Shown here one piece after another: positions 7,109 to 15,157 of a stretch of 44,378 nucleotides of DNA. This stretch comes from a virus: positions 1 through 44,378 of IMG/VR virus record IMGVR_UViG_3300045988_039715, one strand, 5' to 3'. Position numbers and translations under genes: made by a program. The notes beneath the pieces were generated by a model. That model ran no database searches, was not told the DNA's origin, and saw only the letters and a program-made list of their open reading frames with translations. The stretch's first letter is position 1; each line of letters begins with the position of its first letter.

Positions 7109-7672
7109 TCAACCTTCTTTGAGGCGAACAGGCAGAACCATCTTAATGTCCTCTTTGTTGGTACGGAGAAGAATAGGTTCCGTGTTCCCGCGGAACTCCA
7201 AAATAACAGGCTGTCTAAAACTATCTCCAGCCGATACCTTTGCCGCTTGCAAGGCAGATAGAAGGTAATTCCCGTTGAATCCAATCCGGTATTTGACCTC
7301 ACTTGTCGGAATTGCTTTTTCCCACTCAAATCCGTTGTCCTGCGGCTGGGTGTATCCGAACGAGAACCCACCGCACCGGATTACAGCTTCTTTCCCGTCC
7401 TCGGTCAGAGAGATGGTTGCATACTGCTTATTGGGGAGTTTGGTATTGCTCTTAATGAACGCCACAAAGTCCTCATCGCAATCACTGATAACGGAATGTT
7501 CTACAGACATCCGATATCCGTCAACGGCCATTGCCACGACCTGATTGTCTGCCGCATGAAACTCCAATTTGATGTACTGATTGCAGGGTCGATGGTCACT
7601 ATCACTCACAAAAGACTTGGTAGCCGCAATTAGCCGGTTCAAGTCATTGGTGTAAATCCTTGCAGATTTCAT
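7109..7672 (-). CDS. DNA polymerase III beta (sliding clamp)-like protein, half-length
   Basis: IGFNGNYLLSALQA ... PVILEF ... LPVRL resembles a DnaN C-terminal domain. At 187 aa it is about half a bacterial clamp. Confidence 0.55.
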   Translation of the reverse strand: MKSARIYTNDLNRLIAATKSFVSDSDHRPCNQYIKLEFHAADNQVVAMAVDGYRMSVEHSVISDCDEDFVAFIKSNTKLPNKQYATISLTEDGKEAVIRCGGFSFGYTQPQDNGFEWEKAIPTSEVKYRIGFNGNYLLSALQAAKVSAGDSFRQPVILEFRGNTEPILLRTNKEDIKMVLPVRLKEG

Positions 7673-7944
7673 GTGTTCTCCTCCAATTTCTTCAATTCAC
7701 TTTCGCTCAGAATCGGCGCGCGGGTGTTCCATTGTGCTTCTGCTTCTTTTTCTGTCTCAAACGGGCCAAGAATGAGTCCACATTTAAGACATTCAACCGC
7801 CCACTTGAAACTTCCGCCTTGCATCAAGCCATTACAGTTGCAATCAGCCTCACCGCCGCACATACACGCCAGCAGCACCCCCGCCTCCGTCAGCCGTCTG
7901 GCCGCCTCGTGGTTGCCGAGCAGGGCTAATTTAACGTCATCCAT
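7669..7944 (-). CDS. Lar-family restriction-alleviation-like protein
   Basis: C.CGGEA ... ECLKCG ... EKEAEAQWNTRAP signature. ATG at 7944 behind a GGGGAGG RBS. Confidence 0.65.
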   Translation of the reverse strand: MDDVKLALLGNHEAARRLTEAGVLLACMCGGEADCNCNGLMQGGSFKWAVECLKCGLILGPFETEKEAEAQWNTRAPILSESELKKLEENT

Positions 7945-8536
7945 CACAAATTCCTCCCCATTGTTCAGCCATAGCCAATGCAAGCCCCGGAAAGGTTTTA
8001 GCGCGATTTTTCTGTCTGTCCTTCCCGCCTTTCATAAACCACGTCCCGGCCTCATGGCAACCACATTTAGGATCTACGATATTAGTTGGTTCCAGCGGCG
8101 GCAGTCCTCTCAGCCATAGGCGGGTTTTCTTCTGTACCGGGTGCCCGAACATCCAGGGCTGAACCTCCTGAGTATGCGGCGGCATTTCATAAATTCTGCT
8201 GGATACCGGGTTCTCTACGCAGATGTGAGGGCAGTCAGCGTTCAGGAATTTTAGAAAAAACTTCTTTGCTTCCAGTCCCTTTTGATAACGTTCTTGATTC
8301 AGCACACCGCCCCGAAACAGGTGCTTTGCTCCGGCGTTTGACAGGTATGTACAAGGAGGGAATGCAAGAATCATATCCCACCGCATTTTCAGCAGTTCCA
8401 GCGCGTCACATTGGATGTGCCATTCAGGTTTTCCCCCAGAGCACGGCTCAATATCACAGCTGTACGCCTCGTGCCCCAGCGCCCGGAACGCTTTGCATAC
8501 CTCCTGAGACTCTTCACAGGCTACCAGAACTCTCAT
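7937..8536 (-). CDS. short DNA (cytosine-5) methyltransferase-like protein
   Basis: FPPCTYLS (PC motif IV), VENPV (ENV motif VI), QKKTRLW, and a C-terminal FPGLALAMAEQW. Confidence 0.6.
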   Translation of the reverse strand: MRVLVACEESQEVCKAFRALGHEAYSCDIEPCSGGKPEWHIQCDALELLKMRWDMILAFPPCTYLSNAGAKHLFRGGVLNQERYQKGLEAKKFFLKFLNADCPHICVENPVSSRIYEMPPHTQEVQPWMFGHPVQKKTRLWLRGLPPLEPTNIVDPKCGCHEAGTWFMKGGKDRQKNRAKTFPGLALAMAEQWGGICDG

Positions 8537-8586
8537 AGCTTCACCGCCTCTTTGTCGCCCAGCAGGGCACGCTTAATATCGTCCAT
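8533..8586 (-). pseudogene. 17-codon remnant resembling the N-terminus of the Lar-like gene
   Basis: MDDIKRALLGDKEAVKL compared with the Lar-like N-terminus MDDVKLALLGNHEAARRL. Its stop overlaps the methyltransferase ATG. Confidence 0.4.
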
Positions 8587-8613
8587 ATGGTTCGTAATGT
8601 ATGTATTCATTCA

Positions 8614-8943
8614 TCACAGCCTCCCATCCAGCGCCGCACTCAACCTGTCGGCGTTTTCCAACGTGCGGTTTTTCAGATAGGCGTTTTGGGCGGCTTCAAC
8701 TGCTTTATATTTGTCGGTCCAATACCTCCCCATTTTTGACCAACTCCCCATCTCTTTCTTAGCTTTTTCGTAAGAATAAGTCATCTGTCCCTTTTCCAAA
8801 ACTGCCTGTTCCACAGATAAAACTCCAGTTCTTATATCACGATACATAGATCGCAAAAATTGAAAGGCAAGACAATTTGGAAGGGTTAATCCGTCTGGCA
8901 TTGGACCACCCTGTTGGGCTTCCCGTTCGTATGGAAAAACCAT
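8614..8943 (-). CDS. hypothetical protein
   Basis: 109-aa ORF with an AAAGGAGAG RBS. Confidence 0.65.
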   Translation of the reverse strand: MVFPYEREAQQGGPMPDGLTLPNCLAFQFLRSMYRDIRTGVLSVEQAVLEKGQMTYSYEKAKKEMGSWSKMGRYWTDKYKAVEAAQNAYLKNRTLENADRLSAALDGRL

Positions 8944-8977
8944 AATAATCTCTCCTTTGTTACCGCTGAAACCGTTT

Positions 8978-9144
8978 GTAACCAGTGTGCGGTTACGCCT
9001 TTAAGCATACTCCCACAATGGTTTCCGAGTTTTGTAACCGCGTAACCAAACTTTTTTTCTTTCAAAAAATAAAAATTATGTGTACGCAATTTTTTTATTT
9101 TATAGAAAGTATTAAAAATGCGGTTACAGCGGTTACAAGGTTAC
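8978..9144. repeat. GGTTAC/GTAACC iterons flanking a ~70-nt AT-rich core (origin or operator array candidate)
   Basis: GCGGTTAC at 8989, 9120 and 9129, and inverted at 9034. GGTTAC/GTAACC also at 8978, 9042 and 9139. AT-rich core at 9048..9119. Confidence 0.6.
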
Positions 9145-9149
9145 ACCTA

Positions 9150-10994
9150 CTAAGGAAGTAGGAAATCTTCAATGCTGTCCAATTCATCATCAAAATTAGA
9201 CATTTTGAGCCAAACACACCTTAAAACTCGTCCATTTATTCGTTTTGGCTTTGTTGGTCTGCCATCGCTTGCACAGACGATGTTACCAGTATTCTTGGCC
9301 CAGCCAAGAAAAGCTGAGGCATTGTAACCCTCGTCGGCCAAAATTTGATCGAACTTGGACCGGATAATATAGGCGTAGTCATCGTCCAGATCACCCCACA
9401 CCTCACCCTGGTGAGCATCTGCGTCTAACCCAAATCGCGCCTGGTTGATGTTGATAAAATCATAAAGGTATTGAAGTGCCCGCCCATTCTGGTTGACTGT
9501 CTCCTTAGAGACAAGATAGGGGCGAATATCCTCCGGGCGGAGTAGAACACCATCCTGGAAAATCCATTCCTCGGTAAGTCTGTCAGCCGCCAAAATGAGA
9601 GCTGCTGAAGCCGTCTGCTTGTCCATCGTATCTCCGGTCTTCAATGCGTCCTGCATGGTCTCCTGTATGCTCTGAACGCGCTCGAAAGCTCCGTCTTCCA
9701 TGAGGTGCGCTACAAACTCTTTTCCAGCAAATCCATAGTTGCTGTAAAGTGTGGTCGCCACCAGCTTAGGGTCATCAAACAGATGCTCCGCATGGCAATC
9801 AATCTCAATTGTTCGGTTAACTGCCCCCGCTCCGCTGTTAGGAGATATAATAGGGAACTCACCTGTTGTGATGATGCAGTTGCGCCAAGTCGGGGTTTTC
9901 TGGAGTCCTCCTTGTTTCCGTCCCCTGGCACGGCCCACACCCTCAGACAACTGGTAAATCATCCTGTCGAAGTCCTTGCGGTTGTCCTTGATTAGTTGGA
10001 GTTCATCAATGATAAGTGGAAGAGAATTACAGAACGCAGCGCCAAGCTCTTTACCAACCTCCGTGGCGTTAAATGTCTGGATGTACTTACCTATCTCTGG
10101 GTCGGCCCATACGCTGGCGGCAAGAAGAAGGCCTACGGTTTTACCTGTTTCCGTCCCGCCCCACAGGTGAACGAAAAATGGTAAACAATTACACGGCTTG
10201 ACCAGAACTGAGGCAAAGGACGCAGCCAGAACAATACGGGCAATTACATTACCGGGAGTGTTCCCTGCCCTTACTGCCTTGACGGTATCCAGCCACACGT
10301 CACGTCTTCCATGTTCCTGGATACTTTCAAAGCGGGTCCTGTACTCTTCCTCTCCGTCAAAAACTAAATCTTCTACATACGGAGAAAAGCCATAGTCGTC
10401 AATCCAGCCCAGCCGCCCAACGCTGGACACCTCCGGGATCTGATCGTAATTAAGTTGTTCCACGTCAGCCAAATATCGGATCAGTGGCTTGCTCGTCTCA
10501 CTATTGACCATAATTCCATATTTTGAAAGCCCAATTATAGACCGACTGTCTGAAATAACGTTACGATCCTCTATGATGGTATTCCACCGTTTTCCAAGGC
10601 TGAACGCCAGTTTGACTTTGTGGATTCCTGTATCGATATTGACTAATCTCTGCACCGGCATAATCGGATGATAACAAGCTACGACCTCAAACCCAACCTT
10701 GTCTGTTCCGTATATTCCGGTGTCTGTGGCCGTCCAGCCTCCACAGTCTAGTTCTAAGGCCTGTCCTGTGAAGTCTGTCCGGTTAAAGCCGGGAGTCACA
10801 GTTCCGCTGACAGTCTCAACATAAGCTTTAAATAGGGCTGCCAGATTTCTGATTCCGACTGTTTGAGCCTGGACAGACATGAGCCCTAAAAGCTGCTTCA
10901 TCTCAAACTTGTTTTCTTTGTGCGCATACAGGTATTCAAATGGCTTTGTGGTCGTTAAATAGTCATCCCGTGTGTAAGAGGGGATTTCATCCAA
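9150..10994 (-). CDS. SF3-type replicative helicase (DUF927-like)
   Basis: Walker A WGGTETGKT and Walker B LPLIIDELQ. 614 aa, immediately downstream of the CHC2 zinc-finger gene. Confidence 0.7.
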   Translation of the reverse strand: MDEIPSYTRDDYLTTTKPFEYLYAHKENKFEMKQLLGLMSVQAQTVGIRNLAALFKAYVETVSGTVTPGFNRTDFTGQALELDCGGWTATDTGIYGTDKVGFEVVACYHPIMPVQRLVNIDTGIHKVKLAFSLGKRWNTIIEDRNVISDSRSIIGLSKYGIMVNSETSKPLIRYLADVEQLNYDQIPEVSSVGRLGWIDDYGFSPYVEDLVFDGEEEYRTRFESIQEHGRRDVWLDTVKAVRAGNTPGNVIARIVLAASFASVLVKPCNCLPFFVHLWGGTETGKTVGLLLAASVWADPEIGKYIQTFNATEVGKELGAAFCNSLPLIIDELQLIKDNRKDFDRMIYQLSEGVGRARGRKQGGLQKTPTWRNCIITTGEFPIISPNSGAGAVNRTIEIDCHAEHLFDDPKLVATTLYSNYGFAGKEFVAHLMEDGAFERVQSIQETMQDALKTGDTMDKQTASAALILAADRLTEEWIFQDGVLLRPEDIRPYLVSKETVNQNGRALQYLYDFININQARFGLDADAHQGEVWGDLDDDYAYIIRSKFDQILADEGYNASAFLGWAKNTGNIVCASDGRPTKPKRINGRVLRCVWLKMSNFDDELDSIEDFLLP

Positions 10995-11527
10995 TGCTCT
11001 TTGCCTCCCTTCTCAATAAAGTCGTCAAGCCAGTATTCGATATACGGGAGGCGCTTGACGGCCTCGACATATAACGGGTGGTAATAGGCATCATCGCCCT
11101 GGCGGACAGGGGGGAAAACCTCCAGAACATCCCTCCAGTAATGCAACTCAGAGGCCATATACCGGAAGTTTTCCTCGGCCTGCTCCTTTCTCCGCTGTTC
11201 CTCCCGGCGGGCCTCCAGAGCCGCGGAGCGGACGGCGCGGTCCGGTTTATTGGATGTGAGGCCTAAGCGGAAGTCTGCGTTTAGTCTGAGTATTGCTTGT
11301 TTAAAATTTAGGTCGAATAACTTCATTGTAAAGTCGATGACAGAGCCATGTGCCCCGCATGCAAAACAATGAAATCCGCCTTGTCCATCGTACAATTTCA
11401 GGCTTGCTGTATTATCTCCTTGATGGAATGGACATTTAATAAATCCGGAGCGGTTGGCCAGAAATCCATAGTGCTCTGCCACTTGCCGGGCAGTGAGCAT
11501 CCGGCGAATATCGGATGCTATATCCAT
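10955..11527 (-). CDS. CHC2 (DnaG-type) zinc-finger protein
   Basis: CPFHQGDNTASLKLY...FHCFACGAHGSVIDF. Confidence 0.75.
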   Translation of the reverse strand: MDIASDIRRMLTARQVAEHYGFLANRSGFIKCPFHQGDNTASLKLYDGQGGFHCFACGAHGSVIDFTMKLFDLNFKQAILRLNADFRLGLTSNKPDRAVRSAALEARREEQRRKEQAEENFRYMASELHYWRDVLEVFPPVRQGDDAYYHPLYVEAVKRLPYIEYWLDDFIEKGGKEHWMKSPLTHGMTI

Positions 11528-11531
11528 GGCT

Positions 11532-12041
11532 TCACCCCCGCTTCAACCGGTCTCTGACCCAGTAATAGAGGGTACTGTAAAGGATTTGCGCCGTTTCTGA
11601 TGGTTTGCAGAAGATCACGGTCAGGTTGTATTCCGCTTGCCAGGACATAAGAGATGCGAACAGGCTTTTCGGCTCCAGCCGGGAGCGGTAGTTGTGGAGG
11701 AAGATGTCCGACCAAGTAGCGTTTTCCACCACAAGAAATAGCTTCATCCCTCTGGCCTTTGCCCGGATCATTTCTCGCTCGAACCGTTCCCGGCCCACAG
11801 TAAAATTGCCTGCAATCTCATCCAGATTTGCTTTGCGCTCAAAGGCAATCTCGTCTTCAAAGGTGGTATTGCCCAGCATGACAGAGTAGTCGCCGGTTTC
11901 CAAAGCACGGCTCTTGTGCTGGATGTGGTTCTTGTCCAACCACGAAATCAGGTGACCATTGACTTGCTCTCTGCTATCTGCTATTACCACCAGTTCTTTC
12001 AACTTCTGCTTGATCTCCGCGTCTGTATAGTGGGTAAGCAT
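11532..12041 (-). CDS. ERCC4-domain nuclease (structure-specific endonuclease/resolvase candidate)
   Basis: DSREQ, GDYSV and the FERKANLDE (ERKx3D) signature. Confidence 0.7.
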   Translation of the reverse strand: MLTHYTDAEIKQKLKELVVIADSREQVNGHLISWLDKNHIQHKSRALETGDYSVMLGNTTFEDEIAFERKANLDEIAGNFTVGRERFEREMIRAKARGMKLFLVVENATWSDIFLHNYRSRLEPKSLFASLMSWQAEYNLTVIFCKPSETAQILYSTLYYWVRDRLKRG

Positions 12042-12050
12042 TCGCCCACC

Positions 12051-12485
12051 TCAGTTCCATGGGAGGTCTCCGTCATCTTCGATGTCCTCCAGCTTTGTCA
12101 GCTCCTGCCGCTCTGGCATTTTACCTTCCCAGGGAGGCAGCTTCTCTGCCCGGCACTGATCGAGAAAATATTGGACTTTCAGATAACCACGATCATCCTC
12201 TTTTAACCGTGCAGCACCTACAGCGCCAATCCAGGTTGGAAGAGTAAAATCTCCATCGTCAATGTTGAAAGAGTCAAAGAAATCGGTCATATTTTGATTG
12301 AAATATTCATTCTTGACAATGTAGTGGTTGATGGTGATATTGCTTCCGTTTGGCCGAATCCCGATCACCAACATGGGATTTCCTGCTTTGCTTTCTTTTT
12401 CTTCTACACTAACAATTTCCACCCGATAATTACCAGGGAAGAGGCGGGGGCGTTTTTCCCTCTGATAGCTGTCCCAGTTACTCAT
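12051..12485 (-). CDS. DUF669-type phage single-stranded DNA-binding protein
   Basis: Acidic C-terminal tip EDIEDDGDLPWN. Positioned beside the Sak4-type ATPase and nuclease. Confidence 0.6.
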   Translation of the reverse strand: MSNWDSYQREKRPRLFPGNYRVEIVSVEEKESKAGNPMLVIGIRPNGSNITINHYIVKNEYFNQNMTDFFDSFNIDDGDFTLPTWIGAVGAARLKEDDRGYLKVQYFLDQCRAEKLPPWEGKMPERQELTKLEDIEDDGDLPWN

Positions 12486-12577
12486 TCTTCAAATCCTCCT
12501 TGCAGATTTTATAATGTTTGCAGGTAAGGCAAAACCCATTACAGGTCTTGCGGCTCTTGATAAAATGAATCCACCAC

Positions 12578-13180
12578 TTAGGCATATTTGCTCCTCCAGT
12601 TCTGGCAGTACAGGTCCACCAGATTTGCTTTATCCAGCCATTTCATGAACTGCCGGACGATGGTTTCAATGGGCTCGGTGTCCTCCGGCAGATATGCCTC
12701 CCGATATACATAGCTGCCGTCGCTGATGATGTACTCAAATTCCCGGACCTCCGGGCATAGGTAGAAGTACATGGGGTGCTGGGGACTGTCAAGGTATTTT
12801 CCTACACGGTATTTTGTGCTGAATTTTGTATCGTAGATAACCCCAGCTTTCAGAAAGTCAAGGATTCCGTAGCACACAAATTCTACGCCATCCACCACTA
12901 AAGGCCTGGATGCCTTGACCTGATACTGGCTCTGGGTGATGATTTTGCAAATCTCCACCACCGGCCTGTACCATTCCTGATCTTGGGTAATATCTGCCCC
13001 TTCACTGACCGCGTGGACCATATTCTCAAACCGGATACCGTCCAGCATGGCCTTTGACTGGGGCTTTTTCTCCCGGCGCAGGGCAGAGAGAAATTCCTCA
13101 CCATCCCCACCTTTGAGGGCGTATTGCCAGGAAGACAAAAGGCTCTGCGTCAGCAGAAACTTATTGCTTTGCCCACTCAT
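12578..13180 (-). CDS. PD-(D/E)XK (Cas4/RecB-like) nuclease
   Basis: GILDFL ... IYDTKFS (D...DxK) core within the recombination module. Confidence 0.6.
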   Translation of the reverse strand: MSGQSNKFLLTQSLLSSWQYALKGGDGEEFLSALRREKKPQSKAMLDGIRFENMVHAVSEGADITQDQEWYRPVVEICKIITQSQYQVKASRPLVVDGVEFVCYGILDFLKAGVIYDTKFSTKYRVGKYLDSPQHPMYFYLCPEVREFEYIISDGSYVYREAYLPEDTEPIETIVRQFMKWLDKANLVDLYCQNWRSKYA

Positions 13181-14090
13181 AGGCTTTCGTCTCCTTGTTG
13201 TAGACGATCCCCAGTTCTTTGATTCGCTCCGTTAGCGCCGCTTTCAGCTCCCGCTCACTGGTCAAGGCATGGGTCAGTCCTTTGATTGCACTCATGGCCT
13301 CGACTACATTTTCCGGCTTCTCGATGGTCTCAATGGCCAGCTTCCCAGCCGCCATCGTTTCCTCATACTGCTCCTGATGAGGCTTAAGAGCCTCTTTTTC
13401 GGCGGCGATATTTTCCTTGACCTTGGCAAACAGCTTCGTCAGAAAATCGTTCGGCTCTCCATCCTTCAGTTCCGGGACCTTGACCAATCCCTTGATACCG
13501 TAGGCGCTCTTAGCGTTATAGTTCATGGTTGGGGTAAAGCCCAGATACCGTTCGCCGTTGACGATATGTAGATAGGCCCCCAGGTCGGCAGGCTGCCAAA
13601 CCAGAGTCTTGGTAGAACCCTCACACACGATGTCATAGAACACGTCATCGCCCTGCCGATCCTTGGAAGCGTGGAACAGGAACACTACATTGAATTTCTT
13701 GCGCAGCTCGGCGGATAGGCGGAGGAACTCGGTCTTGACGAATCCGTAGCCCTGCTGGCTGAACCCGCCGCTTTTCTTGCTGGCGGATGGCTCATTCCGC
13801 ATGGCCCAATCCTTCATCAGATCGATCAAGGCCCCGCAGGTATCGATGACTACCGTCTTATAGTGCCCCTCAAAGCTCTTAATGTCAGACAGCAGTTCCT
13901 CATAGGTTTTGACCATGGAACTGTCTTTTCGATGCTCTGGCTTGACACGGGCCATACCCTCATCAGCGTCTACCAGAACCACATCCGGTGCGGACAGAGA
14001 CAGTGTAGTTTTGCCAACGCCCGGAAGGCCGCTGATAATCATGATGATGTTTTTGTTGGAAAAATCCATGTTTTCAGGCTTGACGATCAT
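13161..14090 (-). CDS. Sak4-like (AAA_24/RecA-fold) recombination ATPase
   Basis: Walker A GLPGVGKTT and Walker B VVIDTCG. Confidence 0.7.
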   Translation of the reverse strand: MIVKPENMDFSNKNIIMIISGLPGVGKTTLSLSAPDVVLVDADEGMARVKPEHRKDSSMVKTYEELLSDIKSFEGHYKTVVIDTCGALIDLMKDWAMRNEPSASKKSGGFSQQGYGFVKTEFLRLSAELRKKFNVVFLFHASKDRQGDDVFYDIVCEGSTKTLVWQPADLGAYLHIVNGERYLGFTPTMNYNAKSAYGIKGLVKVPELKDGEPNDFLTKLFAKVKENIAAEKEALKPHQEQYEETMAAGKLAIETIEKPENVVEAMSAIKGLTHALTSERELKAALTERIKELGIVYNKETKAYEWAKQ

Positions 14091-14281
14091 TGATCTTTAT
14101 CCTCCTTAATTTCTACCAGGTCAAATCCCTGGATTATAATTTGGGAAACGATGTATTTTGCTGTCATCCCGGTCTCTCGCTGGAGCTGCTTCACCAATAC
14201 CTCCGCATCTCTGTCCAACTTGACTACTCCGCAAAATGACGGCTCTGGCCGGTGGACGGTCAAAATAATCTTCTTATCCAT
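14087..14281 (-). CDS. small protein, possible ribbon-helix-helix
   Basis: ATG at 14281. VKLDRDAEVLVKQLQRETGMTAKYIVSQII resembles a CopG/Arc-type fold. Confidence 0.45.
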   Translation of the reverse strand: MDKKIILTVHRPEPSFCGVVKLDRDAEVLVKQLQRETGMTAKYIVSQIIIQGFDLVEIKEDKDQ

Positions 14282-14419
14282 CTGGCATCCTATCTCCCCA
14301 TTTTTCTTCTTCGATATATTCTTTTTGCTCGTCACATCTGTCAGCCTCGTATGATATGGCCCATGTAGGATATCCGTACCGCTGAATCGCTGTAACGTCT
14401 GGATGTTCAATGTCACACA

Positions 14420-14662
14420 TCACAGCGCCCACCCTACCAGCAGAGAGCACATAAAGATCATGCTAGACACCACCAGGCACCGCCTCACAATGCGGTTCAT
14501 GCGTGCCTCACGCTCCCGGCGGCACTGATAGCAATATTCTCTAGCGTCGTGGTTTCGCTCCACCAGAGAGCGTCCGTCCTCAATGTACTTCACTTTTTCC
14601 GCCTCTTTTCTATAAATTCCGCCACAGCGAGGGCGGTACAGATCACGATGCACACCATGCAC
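14420..14662 (-). CDS. hypothetical protein with C-terminal transmembrane helix
   Basis: 80-aa ORF with a C-terminal LVVSSMIFMCSLLVGWAL helix. Confidence 0.5.
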   Translation of the reverse strand: MHGVHRDLYRPRCGGIYRKEAEKVKYIEDGRSLVERNHDAREYCYQCRREREARMNRIVRRCLVVSSMIFMCSLLVGWAL

Positions 14663-14677
14663 ACCACGGATAAAAAT

Positions 14678-14875
14678 TCAAACAATTCTGATTCCTCCCA
14701 GTGTCATCAAATAGAACCACTGCTCCTGAGTAAGGCGTACCTCCTGCTCGTCCAGGAGCTTTGAAATAGAGCCATCGCCGCATCCGATCTCATGGGCAAG
14801 GCCCCTTTGCGACAGCCGGTGCCGCTCCATAGCCCGCTGGGTGATACGACGGATGACCTCATTCGGTGTCATCAT
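14678..14875 (-). CDS. small HTH protein
   Basis: LSQRGLAHEIGCGDGSISKLL HTH pattern. Confidence 0.55.
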   Translation of the reverse strand: MMTPNEVIRRITQRAMERHRLSQRGLAHEIGCGDGSISKLLDEQEVRLTQEQWFYLMTLGGIRIV

Positions 14876-15029
14876 CTGTCCGCCTCCCCATGTATCGAAT
14901 TAAATCCTCAAATGTCATCCCATAAACCTGTTTGTTGAGCCAATCCATTTGGTTTTTGACTGACTCGCCGAGTTTTCCCAGTTCCTCAATGGTGTTGCGG
15001 CGTCCAATTTTTGTCTCTTTCTCTGCCAT
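14859..15029 (-). CDS. 56-aa hypothetical protein (not in the ORF track)
   Basis: Hand translation MAEKETKIGRRNTIEELGKLGESVKNQMDWLNKQVYGMTFEDLIRYMGRRTDDDTE. Overlaps the next start. Confidence 0.4.
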   Translation of the reverse strand: MAEKETKIGRRNTIEELGKLGESVKNQMDWLNKQVYGMTFEDLIRYMGRRTDDDTE

Positions 15030-15047
15030 ATTTTTTTCCTTTCCGGC

Positions 15048-15076
15048 TTGACAGAGAACAGATGTTCTAGTATGAT
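15048..15076 (+). promoter_or_regulatory. near-consensus sigma-70-type promoter TTGACA-N17-TATGAT
   Basis: TTGACA at 15048-15053 and TATGAT at 15071-15076, with an exact 17-nt spacer. Confidence 0.7.
15055..15068. promoter_or_regulatory. LexA (Cheo-type) box AGAACAGATGTTCT inside the promoter spacer
   Basis: Perfect GAAC-N4-GTTC palindrome. Compare the Bacillus LexA/DinR consensus CGAACRNRYGTTYC. Confidence 0.6.
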
Positions 15077-15082
15077 ATATCC

Positions 15083-15157
15083 ATCAAGCCTAATTGGTCT
15101 GGTCAGTTAGGTTTGCCAGCCTCGTCAGGTGTGCCACCACCTGGCGGGGCGATTTTT
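15083..15157 (+). ncRNA. candidate ~75-nt SOS-controlled small RNA
   Basis: Lies between the promoter above and an intrinsic terminator. Has stem-loop 1 at 15086-15093/15107-15114, and no ATG or RBS. Confidence 0.5.
15120..15157 (+). terminator. intrinsic terminator, plus-strand specific
   Basis: 12-bp stem at 15120-15131/15138-15149. Its two G-U pairs become C-A mismatches on the other strand. Followed by CGATTTTT. Confidence 0.65.

Noticed and set aside
8958-9144. GGTTAC repeat cluster as a CRISPR array.
   Set aside because: The repeats are only 6-8 bp, occur in both orientations and have irregular spacing. No cas genes are present.
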